Positions 1 through 9,922 of a DNA stretch of 64,000 nucleotides are shown in pieces. Location of the stretch: contig CBDEGZ010000003.1 in the NCBI GenBank assembly GCA_965238175.1, positions 576,001 through 640,000 on the forward strand, written 5' to 3'. The notes beneath the pieces are model-generated. The model worked only from the letters and a program-made list of their open reading frames with translations, did no database searches and was not told the DNA's origin. This DNA comes from Gammaproteobacteria bacterium. Its GTDB lineage: Bacteria; Pseudomonadota; Gammaproteobacteria; CAJXQU01. Every line of letters starts with the position of its first letter. The stretch's first letter is position 1. Position numbers and translations under genes: made by a program.

Positions 1-1545
1 CAGGTGGTTCTGAAAAAAGCATCGCGTCGTGCTCAGGCGGCCCCGCAAGAAACGCAGCAACAGTCTCAGGCGGTTCTGAAAAAAGCATCGCGTCGTGCTC
101 AGGCGGCCCCGCAAGAAACGCAGCAACAGTCTCAGGCGGTTCTGAAAAAAGCATCGCGTCGTGCTCAGGCGGCCCCGCAAGAAACGCAGCAACAGTCTCA
201 GGCGGTTCTGAAAAAAGCATCGCGTCGTGCTCAGGCGGCCCCGCAAGAAACGCAGCAACAGTCTCAGGTGGTTCTGAAAAAAGCATCGCGTCGTGCTCAG
301 GCGGCCCCGCAAGAAACGCAGCAACAGTCTCAGGCGGTTCTGAAAAAAGCATCGCGTCGTGCTCAGGCGGCCCCGCAAGAAACGCAGCAACAGTCTCAGG
401 CGGTTCTGAAAAAAGCATCGCGTCGTGCTCAGGCGGCCCCGCAAGAAACGCAGCAACAGTCTCAGGCGGTTCTGAAAAAAGCATCGCGTCGTGCTCAGGC
501 GGCCCCGCAAGAAACGCAGCAACAGTCTCAGGCGGTTCTGAAAAAAGCATCGCGTCGTGCTCAGGCGGCCCCGCAAGAAACGCAGCAACAGTCTCAGGCG
601 GTTCTGAAAAAAGCATCGCGTCGTGCTCAGGCGGCCCCGCAAGAAACGCAGCAACAGTCTCAGGCGGTTCTGAAAAAAGCATCGCGTCGTGCTCAGGCGG
701 CCCCGCAAGAAACGCAGCAACAGTCTCAGGCGGTTCTGAAAAAAGCATCGCGTCGTGCTCAGGCGGCCCCGCAAGAAACGCAGCAACAGTCTCAGGCGGT
801 TCTGAAAAAAGCATCGCGTCGTGCTCAGGCGGCCCCGCAAGAAACGCAGCAACAGTCTCAGGTGGTTCTGAAAAAAGCATCGCGTCGTGCTCAGGCGGCC
901 CCGCAAGAAACGCAGCAACAGTCTCAGGCGGTTCTGAAAAAAGCATCGCGTCGTGCTCAGGCGGCCCCGCAAGAAACGCAGCAACAGTCTCAGGCGGTTC
1001 TGAAAAAAGCATCGCGTCGTGCTCAGGCGGCCCCGCAAGAAACGCAGCAACAGTCTCAGGCGGTTCTGAAAAAAGCATCGCGTCGTGCTCAGGCGGCCCC
1101 GCAAGAAACGCAGCAACAGTCTCAGGCGGTTCTGAAAAAAGCATCGCGTCGTGCTCAGGCGGCCCCGCAAGAAACGCAGCAACAGTCTCAGGCGGTTCTG
1201 AAAAAAGCATCGCGTCGTGCTCAGGCGGCCCCGCAAGAAACGCAGCAACAGTCTCAGGCGGTTCTGAAAAAAGCATCGCGTCGTGCTCAGGCGGCCCCGC
1301 AAGAAACGCAGCAACAGTCTCAGGCGGTTCTGAAAAAAGCATCGCGTCGTGCTCAGGCGGCCCCGCAAGAAACGCAGCAACAGTCTCAGGCGGTTCTGAA
1401 AAAAGCATCGCGTCGTGCTCAGGCGGCCCCGCAAGAAACGCAGCAACAGTCTCAGGCGGTTCTGAAAAAAGCATCGCGTCGTGCTCAGGCGGCCCCGCAA
1501 GAAACGCAGCAACAGTCTCAGGTGGTTCTGAAAAAAGCATCGCAG
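1..1545 (+). repeat. 66-bp coding tandem repeat, 23 full units plus a partial 24th, open at the window start (QAVLKKASRRAQAAPQETQQQS)
   Basis: Unit caggcggttctgaaaaaagcatcgcgtcgtgctcaggcggccccgcaagaaacgcagcaacagtct recurs every 66 nt (units start at 1, 661, 1321, 1519). The only variant is GCG>GTG in the units starting at 1, 265, 859 and 1519. Confidence 0.97.
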
Positions 1546-3666
1546 CAATCTCAGTTTGATCCAATGACACGTGAGCAACCACAAAACGTACAGTCGCCTA
1601 AGCCTGGTAGTGATCGCTACTACAGCGTAGATGACCGTAGAAATAGCTATCAAAAACCCATGTGGGGTAGTACTGGCAGTGAGCTATATCGAATGATGAA
1701 TTCGGGCTATAGTAATGAGCGAGGTGGCATATCTGGTTCCGAACGACCAGGTGCTGGAGAGGTAAGCAATGCAGTCTTAGCTCAAGGTGGAGACACTCAA
1801 AACAAGAAAGGTACGAGTGATCTATTTTGGCAATGGGGCCAATTTATCGATAATGATATTACTCTAGTGAAGGCTGAAGGTGGTGAAAGCCAGCCTATTT
1901 ATATTCCTAAAGGTGATCCTTGGTTTGATCCTGAGAGACAAGGTAATGTTAAAATTCCATTTACACGTTCAGAAACTTCTGGCGGTAAAGAACAAGTTAA
2001 TAGCATCACTAGTTTTCTCGACGACTCAATGATCTATGGTTCTGATCAAGAAACATTAGACAAATTACGTAGTTTTGAAGGCGGTAAAATGCGCATGACT
2101 GAAGATGGGCTCTTACCGCGCGATGAAAAAGGAATGTTTATAGCTGGGGATGAACGCGCCAATGAACCATCCGGTTTAACCTCAATGCGTACTCTTTGGG
2201 TACGTGAGCATAATTATCAAGCAGATAAAATTTCTGCAGAGAATCCAGCTTGGTCAGATGAAGCTATTTTCCAGGAAGTGATACGGTTAATAGCTGCTAT
2301 AATCCAACACATCACCGATAGCGAATACCTATCTCTTTTGGTTGGTAGAGAAGCTATAAGTGATTATCAGGGTTACGATCCAAGTGTTAATCCAAATATA
2401 AGTAACGAGTTTTCAGCTGCTGCCTATCGTTTTGGACACCCTACGTTGTCGCCAGCACTCTTAAGATTAGATGAAAATGGTGCGGAAATTCCTGAAGGTT
2501 ATTTATCACTCAAAGCTGCTTTCTTCAAGCCAGACTCAACCGCAGAAGCAGGTATTGACCCCATCGTTCGTGAACAAGCAAATCAGGTAGCCCAAGCACT
2601 AGACCCAGCCATAATCGACGAGGTTCGTAATCTCTTATTTGGCCCTCCGGGGGCAGGTGGTCTGGACTTGGGTGCGCTAAATACACAGCGTGGTCGGGAT
2701 CATGGTTTGCCTAGCTATAATGATGCTCGTGAGGCGTTAGGTTTAGATCGAATTGAGAGTTTTGATGATCCTATATTCCAAGATGGTTATGGCGCGAAGT
2801 TAGCATCAGTTTATGACAGTGTCGACGACGTAGATCTCTGGGTTGGTGGGCTTGCCGAAAGGGCAGAAGGGTCTGGTCTGGTTGGAGAAACATTCCAGAA
2901 TATTTTGGTTGATCAGTTTGAGCGACTCCGTTCAGATGATCGTCTCAAGTATGAAAATAATCTAAGCGATCAGGAACTGGCTGAAGTTAAAAGTGTTTCA
3001 CTGACAGATGTTATCGAGCGAAATAGCAATGTTGAAATTGATGATGACACTGTAATGACAGTCCCTGATCAAAACCCAATAGATCCATGGTGTGAAGAAC
3101 CTCAAGAGTGTATTTCTGATAATGGAGGTACTACTGCTTTTGATTGGGAGAACTTCGATTTTGATAATAACAACGCTTCGGGTACACACAACACAGACGA
3201 GGCTGGTGCCAATTACAATGATTTTTTCACTAGCAGTAACTTCTCTTATAGCAAAAGTAATAACTCATGGTATAACGACGATTGCAGTTTCTCGTACAGC
3301 AGTAGCAGTTGTTTTTCATATAACAGCAACAGTAATTTCTCATTCAACAGTGACAGTTTCTCGTATGGCCATAGTAGTTATTATTCCAGCAGTGATAGTA
3401 GCTATTCCTATTCCAGCAGTGGCTATTCCTATCACAGTACTAAGGTGATAGAAGGAATGGGCCACGTTGCTTGGGATGGAAGCGACAACTATGTGTTCGG
3501 GCATATTAAAAACGATTGTTCCTTGGATACGAGTAGCTTGATCGAAAGCTTGAGTTTTAACTATGCTTTAGTGACTTTGGCTGTGGCTTGGGTTTGGGTG
3601 AGTAAGAAAATAAATTTGGAAAGTAACTTTAACAGTAGAAAATTTCGTGACAAGGTAAAAAGTTAG
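1..3666 (+). CDS. 5'-partial repeat-containing protein with an animal heme peroxidase-like domain, a Ser/Tyr-rich region and a C-terminal hydrophobic segment
   Basis: The frame is open from base 1. Motifs WGQFIDND, GDERANE, REHN, YRFGH, QRGRDHGLP and VDLWVGGLAE match the peroxidase-cyclooxygenase superfamily. C-terminal segment YALVTLAVAWVWVSKK. Confidence 0.85.
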   Translation, partial: QVVLKKASRRAQAAPQETQQQSQAVLKKASRRAQAAPQETQQQSQAVLKKASRRAQAAPQETQQQSQAVLKKASRRAQAAPQETQQQSQVVLKKASRRAQAAPQETQQQSQAVLKKASRRAQAAPQETQQQSQAVLKKASRRAQAAPQETQQQSQAVLKKASRRAQAAPQETQQQSQAVLKKASRRAQAAPQETQQQSQAVLKKASRRAQAAPQETQQQSQAVLKKASRRAQAAPQETQQQSQAVLKKASRRAQAAPQETQQQSQAVLKKASRRAQAAPQETQQQSQVVLKKASRRAQAAPQETQQQSQAVLKKASRRAQAAPQETQQQSQAVLKKASRRAQAAPQETQQQSQAVLKKASRRAQAAPQETQQQSQAVLKKASRRAQAAPQETQQQSQAVLKKASRRAQAAPQETQQQSQAVLKKASRRAQAAPQETQQQSQAVLKKASRRAQAAPQETQQQSQAVLKKASRRAQAAPQETQQQSQAVLKKASRRAQAAPQETQQQSQVVLKKASQQSQFDPMTREQPQNVQSPKPGSDRYYSVDDRRNSYQKPMWGSTGSELYRMMNSGYSNERGGISGSERPGAGEVSNAVLAQGGDTQNKKGTSDLFWQWGQFIDNDITLVKAEGGESQPIYIPKGDPWFDPERQGNVKIPFTRSETSGGKEQVNSITSFLDDSMIYGSDQETLDKLRSFEGGKMRMTEDGLLPRDEKGMFIAGDERANEPSGLTSMRTLWVREHNYQADKISAENPAWSDEAIFQEVIRLIAAIIQHITDSEYLSLLVGREAISDYQGYDPSVNPNISNEFSAAAYRFGHPTLSPALLRLDENGAEIPEGYLSLKAAFFKPDSTAEAGIDPIVREQANQVAQALDPAIIDEVRNLLFGPPGAGGLDLGALNTQRGRDHGLPSYNDAREALGLDRIESFDDPIFQDGYGAKLASVYDSVDDVDLWVGGLAERAEGSGLVGETFQNILVDQFERLRSDDRLKYENNLSDQELAEVKSVSLTDVIERNSNVEIDDDTVMTVPDQNPIDPWCEEPQECISDNGGTTAFDWENFDFDNNNASGTHNTDEAGANYNDFFTSSNFSYSKSNNSWYNDDCSFSYSSSSCFSYNSNSNFSFNSDSFSYGHSSYYSSSDSSYSYSSSGYSYHSTKVIEGMGHVAWDGSDNYVFGHIKNDCSLDTSSLIESLSFNYALVTLAVAWVWVSKKINLESNFNSRKFRDKVKS

Positions 3667-3699
3667 ACTCGCAGACCTCAAATTGGAATTAAAATAATA

Positions 3700-4085
3700 A
3701 GGCTGATCCAGATAATTAGTTAATATCGATTATAACCCATTGTTTTAATTAAATTTTTAGTTCTCTGTTGTTAAATCGCCATTCACACTCCTTCAAAAAG
3801 AGATGGAAATGTGACTTTGGAATACCACTAAACTTACGTAAATGGCGTTTGGCTTGATTCCAAAAGTTCTCAATGCCATTAACGTGGTTCTGTTTATCAG
3901 CAAATAGCTACTGTGGTTAATACGATAATGTTTAAATTCTGAGGCATCAAGTGCGTTATAACCGCGCCAACAGTTTGAATAAACTATGCTGTCCGGCATT
4001 ACTTTCTCACCAATAACCAGCCGTAATGTCTATGTTTTAGCGTCAGGTATCATAATTGCGTAAACCTTACCATTGTGTTTAAGTA
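3700..4085 (-). pseudogene. IS1595-family (IS1016-like) transposase fragment
   Basis: PDSIVYSNCWRGYNALDASEFKHYRINHS, then a frameshifted ...INGIENFWNQAKRHLRK. An IR-like ggctgatccagata lies near 3701. Confidence 0.8.
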
Positions 4086-4226
4086 TCTTTTATCTAACTT
4101 GCCCTGGATTCAACCCTACCTCATTTGATTAGTTCAGAGTTTAGGTTCTTTTCACCAAATTCAAACGCAACTACCCTACATAACGCTGACCTACTAAGCC
4201 ATAAACTGTCGTGTTTTTAGCAAGCC

Positions 4227-4560
4227 TTATGAATCAAGTACGTGCAAATCCAGCGTCACACTTTGACGATGAATAAAGCCATCTTTATCTAACCCCGCAT
4301 GAACTGAAAATCCATATGTAGATTTTGGGTGGCCATGCCTGTCGTTCTTAACATGCCAACTCGCTTCAGGGGCTTTTGACAGTTTTCCATCCTTGCCTTT
4401 GCTTGAACCCGATTGGGGAGCCTCAATTGGCGTGGCATCAATGATATTGATTCGTCCCTCGGTCATAATGATGTTTTTGGCTTCGCACTGACGGTCAATT
4501 TCGTCTAATAGTCTGTCCCACAAATCCTGTTCGATCTGCTGTGCTGCGAAGAATCGGAGG
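4227..4560 (-). pseudogene. IS5-family transposase fragment
   Basis: WDRLLDEIDRQ...GRINIIDATPIEAPQSG...EASWHVKND...STYGFSVHAGLDKDGFIH; truncated at both ends. Confidence 0.75.
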
Positions 4561-4907
4561 CTGAAACGAAAAGTTTAGGCTGGGTTGAGAAGGACTTTTG
4601 CATGTCGTATTTACCAAAAAAGCACGCTGTTTTGGGTGATGCTGAGGTTTCTTGGTATAAAAAATGCTTATCTCCCTAAAGAAATTAACAAACTTAAGCA
4701 CAGCCTGATTTAAGTTTTCTCTAAAAAATAAGGAGGCCATAAAACGTACCTCAGAATTAGGGTTTAACCAACATGTGTCTGGAAGACAAAATATTTAAAA
4801 ACATCGTTAGTGAGATTCCTTTTCCTGTCGTCGTCAAAATGACTTTTGCACTGTCATCCTGCACCTTCGTAAAAGAGCTTGTTGATGGAGGTTAACAATA
4901 TTCATTC

Positions 4908-5606
4908 ATGCTAAACAGAAAGCTCACCACTCTCTGCCTGATAGGGCTCTGTGCTGTTCTAGGCGACACCATCCATAAGCAATGGCAAACTCCACAATCA
5001 TCTATTGCTGGCTCACTAGCAAATAAGGCGACTAATACCGCTGATTTACCCAATATCCAACCCTTGCGACACGCTGGGACTTTCGGCCGCCTCACTGTTT
5101 TTGAAGAGATTATTCAACGCCCTTTATTTACCGAGGGACGAGAACCTTTTGTAGAAGAAATTATCGTTGAAAAAAAAGTCACGCCACCTGCTCCGTTCAG
5201 ACAACCAAACCTAACGTTAATGGGTATTATTGTGACTGAAGACAAAAAAATTGCGCTCGTTAAAACTCAGAATAACAATAAAACCCAACGTATCCGCCTC
5301 AATGAAAATATTAATAGCTGGAAAGTCTCCAAGGTCGGTGTTCGTTCAATTACATTAGAATCCAGAGGTCAATCATTCGAACTCGAGATGGCAAAAAAAA
5401 CCAACAAGAATAAAAAGCATAGCAACATGTCTCGCTCACAAATGCCTATTAATATGCCTGATATGAACAATAGACCTGACATGGTCATGCACAATATCCC
5501 TATGCCATTACTTCCCATACAAAATGGTGCTGAAAATAAACCGCCCATCCCTAATGCATTGGGAGCAGTCCCTGATAATCTTCCGCTAGATAGTCAAGAT
5601 CCATAA
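4908..5606 (+). CDS. Type II secretion accessory protein (GspC/XpsN-like)
   Basis: N-terminal TM segment, RPLFTEGREP motif, LTLMGIIVT...KIALVK...INSWKVSKVG..SITL domain, Pro-rich tail; adjacent to a secretin. Confidence 0.6.
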   Translation: MLNRKLTTLCLIGLCAVLGDTIHKQWQTPQSSIAGSLANKATNTADLPNIQPLRHAGTFGRLTVFEEIIQRPLFTEGREPFVEEIIVEKKVTPPAPFRQPNLTLMGIIVTEDKKIALVKTQNNNKTQRIRLNENINSWKVSKVGVRSITLESRGQSFELEMAKKTNKNKKHSNMSRSQMPINMPDMNNRPDMVMHNIPMPLLPIQNGAENKPPIPNALGAVPDNLPLDSQDP

Positions 5607-5673
5607 GGGTAGTACAGGACATTGTACAGGTGGATGATCCGAACCGACCCTTTAAAAATGTTAAAGAACTAAC

Positions 5674-7899
5674 CTATTCTTTTATTTCGTCGATAGTCTC
5701 GTAAAGATCTTGCAGCCTGCCTTTGTACTCATTAGTGATTTGCCAAGCATCTTCTTTGCTTAAGATCGCCCGTGGCGTCAACAAAACGACCAACTCTGTG
5801 CGGCGTAGAATGTTGCTGGTCCTTCCAAACAAAGGGCCAATAAAAGGGGTTTTATGTAGCCATGGAAAACCACTCTTACTACTCGATCGATTGTCTCGAA
5901 TCAGTCCACCGAGCACAATACTGTTACCACTATTGACTGAAATAGTACTTTCAATACTTCGCTGCTGGAATGTTGGCGCATCAATGCCTGAGCTTTCTGT
6001 CCTCACCACATCGGTGACTTCCTGAACGATATCCATAATGATCAGGCCACTGGCATTCACTCTGGGCGTGACGGTCATTAACACACCTGTATCACGGTAT
6101 TCGATCTGATTAACAGTACGTGCATCATCTGTCACATTACTGGTGGACTCACTGGTAAGGACAGGGACTTGATCACCAATATTTATTGTCGCCGTATGAT
6201 TATCCAGCACCATCAGAGAAGGTGAGGAAAGCACATTTACTTTTGATTCACTGGCTAAAGAATTAAAAATGGCACGAACATCACCACCACTGTCGACAAT
6301 CCCGTACGAAAAGCCAGGCACTAACGCATCTAACCCACCGTCTCCAAGATCAAGCGTGGCTAAGCCATTTTTACCGCCAATCCCAGTATTGGTTTTAAAA
6401 AACCATTCAAGACCGTAGCTTAGATCATCCGTTAAGGTGACTTCGATAATACTCGCTTCTATCAGCACTTGCAGTGGTGTAACGTCCAATTTGCGCAATG
6501 CATTTTCAACCATCTGATGATCTGAGGGTGTTGCTAAAATGAGTAAGGAATTGTTCGTCTCATCGGCAATAATTTTTACCGCATCCGCACCCGGTAAAAC
6601 AATGCCCTCGCCAGCAACCACCGTTGGGGACGCGGCTTGCGATACTTGTTGTTCTAGTGTGCCAGCTTGAGGTACTGCATTATTATTTTCCTCTCCACTT
6701 GTAAGCACCACAGGCTCTAGACCTGGTGCCAAAGAAGGCGCCAAAAAAGTCGAAGTTGACGTTTGTTGGCTGCTAAAAATATTGTTAAGAACTTGTGCCA
6801 ACTCACCCGCCCGTTTATTTTGAACGGGATAAACATACAGCTGTTGTCCACCAATGCCTTCTGAACGATCGAGCCGTTCAATCCAGAGACTCATTTCCTT
6901 TAGGTAACGCGGCTGCTGGGTAACGACAATAACGCCATTAAGACGTTGCAGTGGCATGAATCGCACAATATTGGCCATTGGACTGCCAGACGCTTTACCA
7001 AACAAGGTATCCAATTCTCGAACAATCTCGGTTGCATCGGCATGTTTCAAAGGGATCATTGCCAGTGACATCCCTTTCAACCAGTCAATATCAAACAGAT
7101 GTATGGTTTCAGTCAATCGATTTAGATCAGATTGAGTCCCCGTCAAAATGATGATATTTCGTTCAGGGTACGTCTGAGCGACGGCTTCTTTCAGAAAGGG
7201 CTGCAAGATCTTGTGGATCTCTTCAACGCCCACATAGCGTAGAGGAACAACCTGGGTGTAAACACCACCGGAATTATTGGAGATTCGGCGGCCAATCTTC
7301 GGTGGCAAGGAGGATAAGGTTGCTTTGGAGGCTGGTACAATTTTGATCAAACCACCCGATTGAATCATCGTCGCTCCAGACATTTGCAACAAGTCATTCA
7401 TAACATGCATAAGATCGGCTCGATGAAAAGGTCGACTCGTTTGAATATTGACGACGCCCCGCACTTCCGGATCGATAACATAATTTTTCTTCAATACATC
7501 CCCTAATACTACCTTGGCTAAATCATGAATATCGGTATCTTGAAAGTTGAGAGACACATCGTCTTTGAGCTTGACGGAACTGGCTGTTGTGTTTGCATCT
7601 ACACTGTGCGAATGCCCCACAAACACCCCGGATCCTGGAAAGAATTCGGGTTGTTTTTGTAGCGGTTCATTTAGTAGACCGAGGTCATTCGTCGTGGCAA
7701 CGGATTTGATTTTAGACTTAGCGCCCAGCTTTGTATCATCCACCGGCATCGGTTCCGCCAACAGCAATTTATCAATTTCAGGGGCGACAGATTCATGATT
7801 GACTAATGTTTCACAGGCAGACAGTAAAGACAAACTTATCAATAAAGTAAATATGCCAAGAAAATATCTATATAAATCAAAATGAAATAAGCAACACAT
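5674..7899 (-). CDS. gspD: Type II secretion system secretin (lipoprotein type)
   Basis: N0 domain SLNFQDTDI...NYVIDPEVRG, N-domain repeats, secretin core QVLIEASIIEV...VLSSPSLMVLDN...TGV...TPRVN...GGLI...RTELVVLLTP; lipobox LSAC. Confidence 0.92.
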   Translation of the reverse strand: MCCLFHFDLYRYFLGIFTLLISLSLLSACETLVNHESVAPEIDKLLLAEPMPVDDTKLGAKSKIKSVATTNDLGLLNEPLQKQPEFFPGSGVFVGHSHSVDANTTASSVKLKDDVSLNFQDTDIHDLAKVVLGDVLKKNYVIDPEVRGVVNIQTSRPFHRADLMHVMNDLLQMSGATMIQSGGLIKIVPASKATLSSLPPKIGRRISNNSGGVYTQVVPLRYVGVEEIHKILQPFLKEAVAQTYPERNIIILTGTQSDLNRLTETIHLFDIDWLKGMSLAMIPLKHADATEIVRELDTLFGKASGSPMANIVRFMPLQRLNGVIVVTQQPRYLKEMSLWIERLDRSEGIGGQQLYVYPVQNKRAGELAQVLNNIFSSQQTSTSTFLAPSLAPGLEPVVLTSGEENNNAVPQAGTLEQQVSQAASPTVVAGEGIVLPGADAVKIIADETNNSLLILATPSDHQMVENALRKLDVTPLQVLIEASIIEVTLTDDLSYGLEWFFKTNTGIGGKNGLATLDLGDGGLDALVPGFSYGIVDSGGDVRAIFNSLASESKVNVLSSPSLMVLDNHTATINIGDQVPVLTSESTSNVTDDARTVNQIEYRDTGVLMTVTPRVNASGLIIMDIVQEVTDVVRTESSGIDAPTFQQRSIESTISVNSGNSIVLGGLIRDNRSSSKSGFPWLHKTPFIGPLFGRTSNILRRTELVVLLTPRAILSKEDAWQITNEYKGRLQDLYETIDEIKE

Positions 7900-7929
7900 A
7901 ATGTTAAGTATAGCATTGTAGTAATTTTA

Positions 7930-8165
7930 GTTTCTACTCTTTTGATGGCTGCATCGCAAACTCAAGCATAAAAAATTTTCTAACAACTCAACAGGTCATC
8001 AGGCATTATTAACGTGGCCCAACCAACACACTGTACCTAATCTGCATGTATGTATGGAAGCGACGGGGCTCTATGGTGAAGCATTCGCCAAATACCTTAG
8101 ACAATTAAATAGTGATTAGTATTTGTTAATCCAGCACGAATATAGAGGCTTTGCACAAAGTGTCT
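7930..8165 (+). pseudogene. IS110-family transposase N-terminal relic
   Basis: LHVCMEATGLYGEAFAKYL (~8042-8098) and VNPARI (~8125), with stops and frameshifts. Confidence 0.65.
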
Positions 8166-8184
8166 TTAACATCTATTAGCGCTA

Positions 8185-8545
8185 CGATTGATTGAACAAC
8201 AATCCCAGCCTATTATTCTCGTGAACTGGTCGGACTGTGACCCACGGAAACTGCATTTTTTATTACGTGTTTCTGTTGCAGTGGCGGAACGAACCCTAAC
8301 ACTTTCATCTTGTTAGCACGAAAGAAAAACCAACAACCCATAAACAGTTTATGACGCCACTGAAGGTAATGTTTCCAACAACAAACTGTTGTCCAATTAT
8401 AGTGACCGATGCAGGTTTTAGAACATTCTGGTTTGAGTTAATGCGCTCACTGGGTTGGGACTTTGTTGGTCGGATGAGAAACCGGATCTTCTGTTAACCC
8501 ACCTCAGCACTTGGCTGGTTTCTGGCCAAGGATTTATACCTATAA
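8185..8545 (+). pseudogene. IS4-family (IS10-like) transposase relic
   Basis: PIILVNWSD...HFLLRVSVAV and PIIVTDAGFRTFWFELMRSLGWDFVGRMRN, typical of IS10-like DDE enzymes; frameshifted. Confidence 0.75.
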
Positions 8546-8820
8546 GATAGAAAAGCCAAAGTTGGCCCAAACTGTTCTATATATGTTGAGAATGGTCGTT
8601 AAAATCACCAACTGCCATCATCGTTATTAAGCTAACTCTGTCAAAGATAAAACCATTTTATCTTAATCAGTTTATTGGTTTGAGAGCGTTTTAAAGATAG
8701 AAAATTAAAATTCAATCAAAGATTGAATACGCGCGTTTGAATGTTTGTAACAACTCATGAGAGAACCGTTGTGTGTTTAAATATTTATACCATGTTGTGG
8801 GGAAGCTAAGAGTCAGTGCT

Positions 8821-8837
8821 TGCACCAAAATAGTGCA
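8821..8837 (+). promoter_or_regulatory. NtrC binding site upstream of ntrB
   Basis: TGCACCAAAATAGTGCA matches the NtrC consensus TGCACY-N5-RGTGCA and ends 17 nt before the ntrB ATG (autoregulatory position). Confidence 0.85.
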
Positions 8838-8854
8838 AGTGCTTAAATATTAAT

Positions 8855-9922
8855 ATGAACCTGATCGAAGAAACCACAAGCTTAATAGATAACTTGAGCA
8901 CAGCAATACTGATTTTTGATTCAGAAAAGCGACTCAACTCCGTCAATGCGGCTGGGGAAGATCTACTATCTATGAGCAAGCGAACCATTAATGGCTTACA
9001 CATTGAGGAGTTGTTTATAGACTTTCCTTTGATTGAAGCAATGTCTGACTGTTTTACTTTAGGCCAATCTTTTATGGAACGGGATATAGAGCTTCGGATT
9101 AGTTCAGATCAAAATATCATTGTTGACTGTAGTTTAACGCCATTATCGGACAGCACCTTGCCAAAGGGTGTGGTTTTAGAATGCATTAATGTTGATCGTA
9201 ATCACCGCATCACACGAGAAGGTGACGTTCTTGTGCGTTACCAGGCTACCAGTACATTGATCCGTGGTATGGCGCATGAGATCAAAAATCCATTAGGTGG
9301 TTTACGAGGGGCGGCACAATTATTAGAAAGGGAACTCGATAGTGATGAGTTAAAAGAATATACCGGAATCATTATTAGCGAAGCTGATCGCTTGCGTAAG
9401 TTAATCGACAGGATCCTTGGACCAAGTGATGATCCGATAATACAGAGCATTAACATTCACGAAGTTTTGGAACACATACGACACCTTGTAGATGCAGAAA
9501 CATCTGATCAAATTACTGTTGTTCAAGATTATGATCCAAGCTTGCCGAACATTAGTGCAGATCGTGATCAATTAATTCAAGCATTTTTAAATATTGTCAG
9601 GAATGCAGTGCAAGCAATTGGTGATGAAGGAACAATCACATTAAAAACACGTGTAGAACGACAGTTCACTATTGCTAACAAACGCCACAAGTCAATGGTA
9701 AAGGTGGATGTGATCGACAATGGTCCAGGAATACCAAAAGCTTTAAAAGAAACCATTTTTTATCCTATGGTCACGGGAAGAGCAGACGGGACAGGGCTTG
9801 GGCTATCAATAGCACAAGCTTTGATTCATCGACACGATGGTTTAATTAATTTTGAATCATCCGTTGGACAAACAACATTTACGATCTGGATACCTTTGGA
9901 GATAGAAAAGAATGCAAACTAA
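8855..9922 (+). CDS. glnL: Nitrogen regulation sensor kinase NtrB
   Basis: PAS domain, H-box RGMAHEIKNPLGGLRGAAQLL, DYDPSLP, FYPMVTGRADGTGLGL. Confidence 0.96.
   Translation: MNLIEETTSLIDNLSTAILIFDSEKRLNSVNAAGEDLLSMSKRTINGLHIEELFIDFPLIEAMSDCFTLGQSFMERDIELRISSDQNIIVDCSLTPLSDSTLPKGVVLECINVDRNHRITREGDVLVRYQATSTLIRGMAHEIKNPLGGLRGAAQLLERELDSDELKEYTGIIISEADRLRKLIDRILGPSDDPIIQSINIHEVLEHIRHLVDAETSDQITVVQDYDPSLPNISADRDQLIQAFLNIVRNAVQAIGDEGTITLKTRVERQFTIANKRHKSMVKVDVIDNGPGIPKALKETIFYPMVTGRADGTGLGLSIAQALIHRHDGLINFESSVGQTTFTIWIPLEIEKNAN

Noticed and set aside
1-1545. CRISPR array
   Set aside because: The units are contiguous with no unique spacers, the period is a multiple of 3 and in frame with a protein, and no cas genes are present.
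3-1559. Alternative open frame +3 of the repeat (GGSEKSIASCSGGPARNAATVS), where the only variant is synonymous; two minus-strand frames are also open
   Set aside because: Frame +3 stops just after the array, while frame +1 continues into Gln-rich sequence and the peroxidase. One variant site is too little evidence, though this cannot be fully excluded without upstream sequence.
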